From contig OZ038378.1 of the NCBI GenBank assembly GCA_964036045.1, positions 96,348,001 to 96,412,000 on the forward strand: 64,000 nucleotides of DNA, read 5' to 3'. The position numbers and the translations under genes were made by a program. This document shows positions 13,270 through 23,655 of the stretch, piece after piece. Source of the DNA: Eutreptiella sp. 'Long Island Sound 2002'. Its lineage: Eukaryota; Protista; Euglenida. The notes under the pieces are model-generated. The model was not told where the DNA came from and did not search any database. It worked only from the letters and a program-made list of their open reading frames with translations. Numbering within the stretch: the stretch's first letter is position 1; every line of letters begins with the position of its first letter.

Positions 13270-15411
13270 TGCTGTGGTGGCCACCACTGTCGCATTTTAG
13301 GAAAAAGGGATTTTTTGTTGGCCTTTCCTTGGTTTCCACATCTACTTTAAAATACCTATAGTTTCCCTCACACAGAAAAATGGGCGCTCACCATGGCTGG
13401 CGCTCTTTTGCTGCTCTGTTTGTATCATTTCCTACAGAAGACTCAGCGCTCATGGCGCTGCCGGGGCTCCTGTGGCTTGGTTGGGTTAGTTTGGGAGCAT
13501 GCCAAAACATGTGCATGTGCATCCCTCCCTCCAAGACGCAGCGCGACACAAACCCAACGCAAGACACAATATACACACTCGCATGGGTTCTCGTAAACCT
13601 GCTGGCAACCTGTGACCTGTCTTGGGGCGAAGGGGGTCGTAAAAAAATTAAATTGCCCCTTGGTGGGGTCTTGGGTTCTGCTCAGTCTCTCCAGGCTGCT
13701 GCGTTTTGGCCCGAACACGGCCTACTCAGCGAGGCTGCGCGTGGGTATCTGCAGAGGCAGGAATAGCAGAACTATGGACGAATCCACGCAAAAGCGAAGC
13801 GACGACACCAAAATCCGTCAAATGACGGCCTAGAAGTTTCCTAAGACAACACACCTGAGCAGAATCCAATGGTGCATCAGAAGAACATTTTTATAAAAAT
13901 TATAGTCATCTCTAGATTTTTTAAATCAAGAAATTCCTACGCATAAAAAGGCAGCGCGCAGGAGCGGCTCCTAGCGGAGCGCCAGAAAATGCAGAAATAA
14001 TGGCATTATAAACGTATGTCTCACGTAGTCGTGAAAATGACGAGACACACATTAATAAATAAACATACAGATTCCACCCAAACTAATAGAAGTATCAAAA
14101 ATCCAAGAATTCGAAAATCAACGAAAAGACTTCAATTAATCAGGTATAAACTACAGGTATGCTCGTCTCGTATGCCGCATACACATTGCTCGTCTCGTGT
14201 CTCGGTGAACGAGTCTTGTAGCAGCGCTAACAACGATAGGACGCGATAGAGGGATTGATCAGAAAGATTGCAGATGATTAGAGGTCAGATCAGGGTGATT
14301 AGACATACACATAAGTGCATAGTGACGTTTTTTGCTTGCGCCCCTCACGTGCTCACTTGCTCTCTCTCTCCAGCGGTAGGTAAGGTGAGTAAGCCCAGGT
14401 GGGGCCACCCCCTGGTCGAGTTCGTGATTGAGGTTGAGATGGGCAGGTTTGCCCAAAATACACGTGCATGCTCGCGCATTCACACACGCATTAAAGGGTA
14501 GGCCACGTGAAGTGCGCACGGTAATCCTTGTTTAGGCTACCCAGGGGCTCCTCGGTACGTTCTTTAAGAGAACCTGAGGAGTCCCTTAACGCTTGCTTGC
14601 TTGACAGGGGAGCTGATCCTTCAGCGCGTTTGCGGACAGTCTATTATAGGTCACGCTGAGAACCGTATAATACGGGGAGTGTGGCTTGGTCCCCCCGCCG
14701 CAAACACCCCTTCATTTGCCTTTGCTTTACAGGTGGGCAGGTAGGGTGATTGGTGCAGCAGCATACCATTTTTTTCATGCCCTGCTAAACAAGGGCGCAG
14801 ATCACACAAACAAATAACTCCGCCTCTACCTGTGGCAGAGCAGGGAGTCCGATTCCTTCGACATCTGCGCCGTGCACGCAAAAAAAGCACCTCTTCCCTC
14901 CAAGCCCTAGCAGGGGAAACGCGTTGTGGCGTCCCCTGCTAGGCCACAGTTGCGTAGCAGCGCTGTGTTCTCTTGTCTTCGTCACAGGAGGGTCGCTAGG
15001 ACCCACGACATGTTGTTCAACAACACCCAGTAGTGTGTGTGTGTAGGAGTGGTAGTCCTGAGTGGGGGCTTGAGCCAGTTGCAGCAGTGCTCGCCCACCA
15101 GGACTTAGCAAAACGGCGTTTTCATGCCTTCATACCTTTTGGCCACCCCTCCCTGTAGTAGACAGATAGGTAGGGAAAACAATACCTGGATTAGTACGCT
15201 GGGTATTCCCCAAAGGCTTTGCGCCAGCACAAAAATTGGGCGCTTAGGGGAGGGGGGACCCGGGGCGTACCCCGTGGCATCAATAAGCCAACCCTCCAGG
15301 TTTAGCAAGCGTGCAGACGTGGGTATAATTAGGACACCACTTCTGCGGCTTGCTCTCAGGACCTTAGGAATAGCACACTCACACATACACTTTGGCAGGT
15401 AAGGGTAAGGT

Positions 15412-17571
15412 TCAGTCCCTAGCTTTAGTCTTGGAGGCAAGCGTCTCAGCGAGCCTCAGCAACTCACCAAGGTTGTTCTGGGACAAGTAGTCCACCAGAA
15501 CTGAGTTTAGGCGTCCCTCAGGTAGAACAAATGCAGAGAAGGGCTCCCAGGTGGCCTCTTCGACTCCAAACCCTTCCCAGAGGGTGAGGAAGCGCCAACC
15601 CTGGCGATAGCGGTGGCGTAGGACAGACTTCACCAGGTAGAAGCCTTCCTTAGCCATCTGCTCGGCGTTCATGTCGGGGAGTTCACCTCCAACTTCCATA
15701 GGGCTGGCAGCCCCTTGTAGGTCCAGAGCGGCGATTTCCTCGTCGTTCAGCTCCCACTCCTCCCTACAGAGGTCTTCAGGAGCATAGTAGCGCTTCAGGT
15801 GTTTAGCAGCGCACACCAGGGTCCCCCCTAGACGGGGAGAACACCGCACGGTGATATGGTGTCCATCCACTGATAGAATCTTGTATGGCCCGAAGTATGG
15901 GTCATCGCTGGTAGAGCGTGGCCAGGCAGGTAGTCGACTGTGGTGCACCAGCACCCAGTCCCCCTCTTGGTAGGTGGCCGGTACTCGGTGCTTGTTCTTC
16001 TTGTTCCACTGACGCTCCCTCACTCTCTGGAGCATAGCCTTGGCCTTGTCCACCTTCGCTTGTTGTTCTTGGACCCATTCACCCACAGAAGAATGGGTGT
16101 CCTCTGGATAGGGGGCATGTAGGAACCATGCCGGGCGCCCTAGGAATAGCTCATGGGGCGAGTAGCCAGTAGCTGAACTCTCTTGGGAGTTCATCATCAA
16201 GGATATGACGGGGAGTAGTCTCACCCAGTCTCTGGTGCGTTCAGTTTTGGACCATATCTGTACATTCTCCTTCAGGACACGGATCTGTCGCTCACATAGG
16301 GCGTCGCTCGTGTGCGAGTAGGGAATCCCCGTAGACACCTGGACATTGAGGGATCTCAGGACCCTCTTGTACCAACCGGTATCTGAGCGTACTCGTACGT
16401 CCTCATCGGAGTTGATCCCCTTGGGCGCCCCATAGACACAAAACCAGTCCTCCAGGAGTATCTTGATAGTCTTCTCCCCGGTAATGTGCTTGGTACATGG
16501 GACCACCCTGGTAAACCTGGTCAACCCACAGGTTACCACGAGGGCGAAGTCATAGCCCCCGAACTTCGGCATCTCTGTGTAGTCCACATATAGAACACTG
16601 TTAGCACAGTGAGGGATGGGTAGGGTCGAGTAGAGACCTCTGTCCCTGATATCCCCTGGTTTACAGGACCTGCACGGGCACTTGTCGACGATAGGCTGGA
16701 GGGTTTTCCGCAGTTGTTCGTCAGTCCACGTAGTGTGGAACCACTGCTTGAACAGCCTCAGGGTACGGTCAGCACCCACATGACCGCTGGACTCATGGGT
16801 CCACTTCAGCAGCGCTGGGACTCTGTCACTAGGCACCACAATGCGGTCCTCGTGCCAGAGGTAGCTCTTGTCCCTCTTCCACTGGTCTTGGTTGACCAGT
16901 AGGGGTTCAAGGCGTTTATCCAGGCGCTTGTAAATATCCCCAAACTCCTTCAGGTACTCCGATTGTTGGAGTCCATCCAAGGGGCGTATCATCGTCATGT
17001 TGAGGTCCAAGTGGACGTCCATACGGCTGAACGCCTCCTTAGCCAGTGCTTCAGACCAGGCACTAATCAGGGCGTCAAAGTTGTTGCGGCTGATGTAGTC
17101 TGCACACTCGTTCTTCACTCCCTGGATATGGTGTACCATGAGCCGTAGTTGCCTGAGGTAGGTCCACCAGCGCCGTAGCTTGGCCTTCTCAGGTGGGGGA
17201 CCCTTCTGGAAACTGCGGACCGGTTCTTGGTTGCACAGCCAGACCACAGGGTTACTCCCCAACAGTTGTGCTTGTGAGGATAGCACCAGCATACCCGCGA
17301 GCAATTCCTGCTCATAGGTGGAGTAGTTCCCCCTGGCCTGGTTCCACTTCCAGTTCCAGTGGCCCAGAGGTACTAGGACCCACTTGTCGTCAGGGTAGCT
17401 GTGCTTGAGGGTTCCATCTCGGTTGAGACCTTCCGTCCCCCATTGGGAAATGGCCGAGTCGAACTCTTCCTTCTCTAGTGCTTGCCATTGGAACAACGTT
17501 CCACCACCGCCCACATTGCTGGCGTCGGTCACCAGGATAATCTTTCCTTGTGCCCTAGGACGCCCAAGCAC
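15412..17571 (-). pseudogene. pol: RNase H, integrase, GPY/F and chromodomain part of pol
   Basis: LVTDAS...YSTYEQELLA...NECADYISR (RNase H); THESSGHVG...CPCRSC (HHCC); VDY / NSDED / CERQI (DDE); YFGPYKI; FYLVKSVLRHR...FLTLWEGFGVEEATWEP (chromodomain). Confidence 0.95.
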
Positions 17572-19043
17572 TTAGCGCTGGCTACCTTGTCTTTGAGCTC
17601 GTCAAACGCTTGTTGCTCTTGTGGGCCCCAGCGCCAAGTAGTACTCTTCTTGATCAAGTCCGTCAGAACGGCGCTGGTGTAGGTGAAGTTTTTGATGTGG
17701 CGGCGATAGAAGATGCACGCCCCAATGAAACTGCGTACATTATGAAGTCCTTTCTTGGGGTCTTCGTGTCGTACCTTGGCATCCATCAGGGGTTTGGCCT
17801 TAGAGGCCGCTGGGGTCCACCACCCATAGCAAACATCGAACCCCAGGTACTGCATGGTCTCCTGCATGAACTCACACTTCTCCTGCTTGAGTCGTCTGTG
17901 GTTCTCCTGGCAGACTGCAAAGAACTCACCGAAGAGGATTAGGTGATCCTCCTGGGTATTGGTCCCGAGGCATACATCGTCGATGTGAGCCTCCATCTGG
18001 GCACCACGGGATATGAGCTCCTGCACCTTAGGTCTCCTTCGTAGGATGGACAAGATCTTGTTCATCAGGTCTTGGAATAGAGCGGGTGCGTTGGCCACAC
18101 CAAACGGCATGACCTTCCACTTGAATACCCTCCCCTGAGGGGTGATGAAGGCCAGTAGTTCCTGTGCGTTGGGCGTCAGGTCCACTTGCCAGAATCCGCT
18201 CCTCTTGTCCATTTTGGTCTTGTAGCGACAGGAGGCTATCTTCTCCAGGGTAGAGTCCATATTGGGAATGGACCCTGAGTGGTTCAGCCTTTTCTTGTTC
18301 AGCTCTCTGTAGTCCACTACCAGCCGTTTGGCTGTAGACCCAGGTTTAGCCACCAGGAAACAGGGGCTGCAGTGTAGGGGGTACTCCTCGTCCTTGTACT
18401 CCAGGACTAGGCCAGCGTCGATACATTCTTGTTTCTGTCGCTCAATCTCGTCGGCCTGCTCTTTAGGAGCTGGATAGGGTCTCCTCCGGATCTTGTGACC
18501 CACGAACTCGGGTTTCAGCTTGAGGTCCATCTGTACCAGCTTGTCACATGAGGCTGGAGGGGGTAGTTCTCCGAACACCCCTAGATAGGTTCTTATAAGC
18601 TTCTGTACCCACGGGTCCAATACCTTGATCTTGTCCTCCATGTCCTCGTCAGAGTGTAAGTTGCTTGCCCCCTGAGTAATAGACGTCGGGAGGTGGTCCT
18701 CCACCGACTCTTCGCCCGTGGCAGTGTCCTTCAGCCCTTGGTAGGCATATAGAAGGTCTTGTTCAACCATCTCCGGTGGACGATGGCAACATAGGCACGC
18801 TCGAGGGGGTTCACATACACATTCCTCCGAGAGGTCGTCCTCCTCTGGGGTCCTCACATGGGCGCCCCACACGCTCTTCATAAGCTTGAGATCTACCTCC
18901 CTTTGCGAGGTGGTGATCTTCTGTTCGAGGTCCTCCTTCAATTGGGATAGGTCTCCCATACGTCCTTGCTTCAGTGGCCATGAGCTGCGGGTAGGCTTCG
19001 CGTAGCATAGCTCTTTCGGCACCAACTTTATCTTGGAATCCAA
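17529..19043 (-). pseudogene. pol: Reverse transcriptase domain of pol
   Basis: IRRRPY, SPCFLVAKPG, RLVVDYRELN, DKRSGFWQV, FKWKVMPFGVANAPALFQ, AHIDD. Preceded by two in-frame TGA (19044-46, 19062-64) and followed by a 1 nt frameshift near 17560. Confidence 0.95.
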
Positions 19044-19449
19044 TCACTCCCTTAGCCTGGATCAAGGGTCCAGCTCCTCGTCCACGAGGTCTTCCACCCT
19101 CATGGAGAGTAGGGGTTTCAGTGGGGCGACGTACTCGGCATTCTCCACCTCCTCCACACAGGTCTGCACGAAGAAGGCGTCGTGCTCAGTTTTGTCATCT
19201 GAGTGGATAGAGCTAGGTAGCTCAAATAGTCCACACTCAGAGACTCCATCAGGAACAGGTACATGACAGGGAGAGTTGGGGGTGTTGGTGTCAGTCACGA
19301 CGTACTCATCTCCTTCGGGTGTAGTCTCAACAGCATCTTGAGGTCGTAGGCGATCCTTCAAGTCACCCAAGGCGAGTCCGTCGGTTTCTCGTTGTATAGC
19401 CTGGAACAGAGTCGGGTCCAGATCCTCCGAGGAGATGGAGGTAAGACCT

Positions 19450-19870
19450 CCGTCCACCACGCTCAGCATACTCCCCCATCCGGTTTTCCCAATAGGCGTC
19501 TTACGACCCAGAGGCACGTAGATGGCCTCATCAGGTAACCGAACAGAGCTGATAGTCAGCCTGTCCAGGAGGTTTTGCCAGTATTTGTTGCCCCCATGGG
19601 CTCCCCAATCGGGGGAACACAGGACCATACGGGAACGTTCCAAGGCCACTTTGGTCAGCACCTTCCCCAGCTCACTGAACCTGGGGTTCCCGTAGGCCAT
19701 CCCGAAAGAGGGCCAGTAAAATTTTCTAGCTGCAGTTCTTCCCCTTGCTGCAGTAAAGGTCCAGTGCATGCTGCTTGTCGCTGGCGAACACCTCCACACT
19801 CAGGTCTTCTCGAGAGTAACCCAACTCCTTCAGACCTTGGTCTAGGACTTCCTTGAATAGTTGATAGTCC
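19450..19870 (-). pseudogene. Dam-like (DIRS-type MT) N6-adenine methyltransferase domain within pol
   Basis: Joined reading VEVFASDKQHALDLYCSKGKNCS/KFYWPSFGMAYGNPRFSELGKVLTKVALERSRMVLCSPDWGAHGGNKYWQNLL follows the DIRS MT/phage Dam pattern DLFAS..N..L..YCS...F.W...Y.NPPFS....VL.K....ILVAP.W...W..L. Broken by a TAG and a +1 shift at 19721-19728. Confidence 0.8.
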
Positions 19871-20325
19871 TCAGTTTTGGAGGCCGCCATCATGTTCCAG
19901 GGCTCCTCCTTCGATAGCCTCAGGTAACTCGAGGTATGTTCTGACTGCTCCAGTGGCACAGACTCTTTGCACTGCCGTGGTCCACGTAGAGGAGGTAGGG
20001 GTTGTATCTGCGAGTGCTGTACGAAGAAGTCAGTCCCCAGTACAAAGTCGAAGGCCTCAGTGTCCATCACATAGAACCGATGGGCGATAGTCCGGGAGCC
20101 CATAGGTACCTCCACTTCACAGTTCCCGCAGCTGTGCACCACATGTCCATCCCCCATGCGTATAGCAGCGGTGGTCATGGTGTTCTTCAGGCTCCCACAA
20201 GGTAACATTTTCTTGGCCACTATAGATATGGTGGCGCCAGTGTCCAATACCCCCAGGTATTCGCGTCCCCCTAGTCGGATACGTACCCAAAACACCAGGT
20301 CTTGGGTGCCACCGGAGCGTCCCCG
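19870..20325 (-). pseudogene. pol: Retropepsin-type aspartic protease domain of pol
   Basis: LGVLDTGATISIV active site and FDFVLGTDF; in frame with gag after a single TGA. Confidence 0.9.
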
Positions 20326-22830
20326 TCAGAACTCCGCGGGACAGGTCACCTCGAACCCCTTGTTCCGCAATTTGCGGGCCATCCTCATGAAACGGCTCCT
20401 CTTCTTAGCGTTGCCGTCATCACCACCTTCATGCTCACGCTTGGCTCCTTGTTGTTGCTGGGCCTGCGTTTGTGACTGTGTGGTAGGACCAGACTGCCCT
20501 CCAGAGGGCTCGGAGTTCCCCCCTGGATTAGGGTTGGGGTTGCCTCCGTTCTTGTCCTTGTTCTTGTTGTCGGGCTGGCGGTTAGCGCCTCCTCCTCGTC
20601 CACCTTGACCCTTGTCTTGCCCTTGACTACGTCCTTTCGACTTGCCCTTGCCGGAGTCGTTGCCTTTGCCTTTGCCTCCACCTTTGCCGGAGCCTTTGCC
20701 AGGATCTTCACCCTTAAGCCTCGCCGATAGGCGTTGCTTATGGTAGCACTCATCCTCGTAGTGCTTCCGCTTCCCGCAGAATGCACACGGGATGGTGCAC
20801 CTGTAATGATCCGGCAGCTTCGCTTTGGCGCCGGTGTTCTTCTCCTGCTGCTTCCCCTGGACTACGAAGCAGTCTCGCTGCTCGCAGTCAGGGGCGTGCT
20901 GCAGGTGGCCTTGCTCGTCTCTGGCATCACACCAGAATAGCTCCTTCACGTTCTCCATGATACGGGCGTGGGCGTGTTTGGGGGTAGTCCCCTGCCCAGG
21001 TCGGGACCCTTGGTACCCTTTGCCATGACCTCCAGAACCTCCTCCTCCAGGACGGTAATTGTTCAAGTGCTGGTCGCTCTCCTTCTCCAGAGCCAGCTCA
21101 AGGAGTAGCACGCATAGATCCTCGTAGCAGAGGGATCTAGCCTTGCGCTCCGCCGTCGAACGGCACTCGTCCCATAGCTCTCGAGGGAGCTTGGCCACCA
21201 ACCAGAACAGCAGGTCGTCGCTGCTGTAGGAACTGGGCGTCAGTCGTCCAGCCCAGTGATCCAGGTCAGCCAACAGCTCAGAGACCCTGCCAGGTTTGGG
21301 GTTGTTGGGCAGCACGGGCAGGTTCTGGATCTCAGCCCTGATGGAGAGGTCAGTTTCGTAGGTCGGGTACTGCCTCTCCAGGGCAACCAACACATCGGCA
21401 AAGGTGGCGGAGTTAGTCACGATCTGCCTGACCTGCTTGTCCAGGTACTTGGTCTTGCAGCACTGCAGGAGCAGATCGCACTTGACTCGCCCACTAGCGT
21501 TGGTTTGGCCGGTCAATCGGAAAAACCGGCCAAAATTCTCAGCGAACTCGCTGAGGTCCTTGCCTGTGAACTCAGGCAGGTTCACCACGATCTTGGAGGT
21601 GGCAATAGCCTTCGCCTCCTGAGACCTGCGTCCCTCAGGGCATCGGGTTTTCTTCTTCTTCTTCTTCTTCTTCTTCCCCCTTGGGTCCTCGGGGTCCTCC
21701 GGGTCATCGTCATCCGAGGGCGAGGCAGAAGTCATCGACGGCGGCTCATCATCGGAGGGGTCTTCGCCTAGATCACTAGAGCCATAGAGCTCGACGTCCA
21801 CCATTGCCCTCAAGGCTGTCAGCCCCAGCCGGTCCAGCTCATCCCTCGTAGAGTTCGTCACGTGGCTGTAGGGCGGCTTGGCCGTTCTCGGTACGAAAGG
21901 ACTTCTCGGTATAGCTGCAGGAGTCGGCATCGGTCGGCTCCTCAGGCTCCCCAGGGTGTTTGTCAACCCTGCCGCCAGGTGGTTGGCCTGTACTCGGTGG
22001 GGTGACATTCCCACCGTGGTAGGTGACGCTTGGGGCGGTATCATCAGGGGCTCCGGTTTCTCTCGGATCTCTTGAGTGAGGTCGCCCACGATTTTTGTAG
22101 TGGCTCCTCGGAGCACCTCGTTGATCTCCGACCGCGTCAGGGACCTGTTGGAGGATCTCCCCGATCCTCCACTCCTGCCTCCCAGAGACTCAGGTCCTCT
22201 CCTCAACCCACTCAACGTTGCATACCCAGGTGCATACCCAGGAACATCCACATAGGTTCGAGTAGCGGGTAGTGGATGGGGATATTCAGCCGCATACCAT
22301 CGCGGCGCAGAGCTGGAAGCCACCAGCTCACTGGCAGTAGTTGCCTCAGGGAGCGCAGTGGTAGGTGGACCCATACCATAGGCGGGGTAGGGAGGCATGC
22401 CAGTAAAGCCTGTGCCCTCTGCCATAGGCGGGTTGGTTATGGGAGTGGATGTTGCAGTGGCTGAATCTCGAATTGGGAGTGTGGTGGTTATAGGAGAGGG
22501 TGATGCGTGGAGGCCAGAAGTGCTTGGTGCGCCTTCGAAGGTAGGGTCATTCGTCAGGTCTTGCCCTTGTTCCTCTCCTTCGTCTGCTTCGTCTCCAGCA
22601 TCCTTCTCGCTCTCTCCCTTCCTCTTCACAGGCTGAGTGACCACCTCCTCGACTGAGAGGGCTCTGAAGGCTGTCTGGAGTCCATCCAACGAGTCCTCAG
22701 CCACTTTCACTGGCCAATGTAAGGGCTCCGAAGGTACAGCGCGAGGTCCAGGTCCAGGTTCACCAGGTACTGGCCTTGCCGGTGCCTCAGGCGCTGTCTT
22801 CACGTCGGCGTCCTCTTTCCTTGGATCCAT
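20326..22830 (-). CDS. gag: Gag-like polyprotein (834 aa) with CCHC zinc knuckle
   Basis: Uninterrupted ORF after the PBS; CAFCGKRKHYEDEC fits C-x2-C-x4-H-x4-C; capsid-like LPEFTGKDLSEFAENFGRF segment. Confidence 0.85.
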   Translation of the reverse strand: MDPRKEDADVKTAPEAPARPVPGEPGPGPRAVPSEPLHWPVKVAEDSLDGLQTAFRALSVEEVVTQPVKRKGESEKDAGDEADEGEEQGQDLTNDPTFEGAPSTSGLHASPSPITTTLPIRDSATATSTPITNPPMAEGTGFTGMPPYPAYGMGPPTTALPEATTASELVASSSAPRWYAAEYPHPLPATRTYVDVPGYAPGYATLSGLRRGPESLGGRSGGSGRSSNRSLTRSEINEVLRGATTKIVGDLTQEIREKPEPLMIPPQASPTTVGMSPHRVQANHLAAGLTNTLGSLRSRPMPTPAAIPRSPFVPRTAKPPYSHVTNSTRDELDRLGLTALRAMVDVELYGSSDLGEDPSDDEPPSMTSASPSDDDDPEDPEDPRGKKKKKKKKKTRCPEGRRSQEAKAIATSKIVVNLPEFTGKDLSEFAENFGRFFRLTGQTNASGRVKCDLLLQCCKTKYLDKQVRQIVTNSATFADVLVALERQYPTYETDLSIRAEIQNLPVLPNNPKPGRVSELLADLDHWAGRLTPSSYSSDDLLFWLVAKLPRELWDECRSTAERKARSLCYEDLCVLLLELALEKESDQHLNNYRPGGGGSGGHGKGYQGSRPGQGTTPKHAHARIMENVKELFWCDARDEQGHLQHAPDCEQRDCFVVQGKQQEKNTGAKAKLPDHYRCTIPCAFCGKRKHYEDECYHKQRLSARLKGEDPGKGSGKGGGKGKGNDSGKGKSKGRSQGQDKGQGGRGGGANRQPDNKNKDKNGGNPNPNPGGNSEPSGGQSGPTTQSQTQAQQQQGAKREHEGGDDGNAKKRSRFMRMARKLRNKGFEVTCPAEF

Positions 22831-22916
22831 CTTCGTTCGCCCTTCTGCTTATTGGTGACTGCTCGGCGCACTGGATGTACGGCGCGGGGTTGCTGCCGGT
22901 GCGCAGAGACAGTCTG

Positions 22917-22928
22917 CCTCTGCTACCA
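22917..22928 (-). promoter_or_regulatory. Primer-binding site complementary to the initiator tRNA-Met 3' end
   Basis: Minus strand reads TGGTAGCAGAGG, the complement of CCUCUGCUACCA at the eukaryotic tRNA-iMet 3' end, immediately 3' of the 5' repeat and ~90 nt upstream of the gag ATG. Confidence 0.85.
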
Positions 22929-23655
22929 GAAAAGTTTATAGTGGTTTCAACACTGTGTTTTTGTCTCTCCTGCTGCTTGCTGCTGGTGTAGGGTTTTTTG
23001 CTGCTTGTTTTTGGAGATGAAAACCTTTTGTTTGCTGAAATACAGTAAATCCAGGTTAGCCCAAGCCAGAGGTGTGCAAGGAGAAAAGAATCAGGGTCAA
23101 AGCATGAAGGGCTGCAGTGTAAACAGTGAAAGATGAAAGGATATTCACAGAAACTGCAACTCAGGTCAAATCGGATTGCATATTCACAAAGATAGCTGAA
23201 ATGTTTTGGAAAAGAGTTGGAAAACTGCCCCATGGTCACTCTATCTCCATAGTGCCATTTCAGGAGATGTGCACTCCTTGTTTTGGGTCCCATAAGTGCT
23301 GAGATGGCAGGGCATGTGGCGATGAGGTCACTGCCATGTCACATGGGATCTTCCTACTTAGCTAGGCTGACGAGGATAAGAATTCATGGAAAAACATAGA
23401 TAAATTCATAGGCTCTGCCCTGGATATGTCAGTACTCAGTAAACTCAGGAAAAGGTGATTTGCCTCACATTGAAAGGGAATTTAGGGGTCCACTCCATAT
23501 CCTGATTGGGTGTTTGGTTCCATAGGTCAAAATGTGTTATCAGCACTTTTGGTGGGGCCAATAGTAAGATAGAAATGCCTGGATGCCCAGTGCATCCCTA
23601 ATACAACTAGAGTATGCCTCAAAGCATTGGAAAAGCACTTTTTCTTACTCCCCTG
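22929..23655 (-). repeat. 5' LTR-like direct repeat
   Basis: Copy of 12477-13269; directly abuts the PBS. Confidence 0.65.

Larger units (their letters stand above)
12477..23655 (-). mobile_element. Ty3/Gypsy (chromodomain-bearing) LTR retrotransposon, non-functional copy
   Basis: Order on - strand: direct repeat, PBS, gag with CCHC knuckle, protease (DTG), Dam-like domain, RT, RNase H, integrase, GPY/F, chromodomain, direct repeat. PR-RT-RH-INT order is the Ty3/Gypsy arrangement. Confidence 0.93.

Noticed and set aside
19044-20328. UGA reassignment to a sense codon, suggested by three in-frame TGAs in gag-pol
   Set aside because: The same copy has frameshifts and a TAG, the long RH-INT ORF has no internal TGA, and Trp is encoded by TGG at conserved sites; CGA/TGG-to-TGA decay is sufficient.
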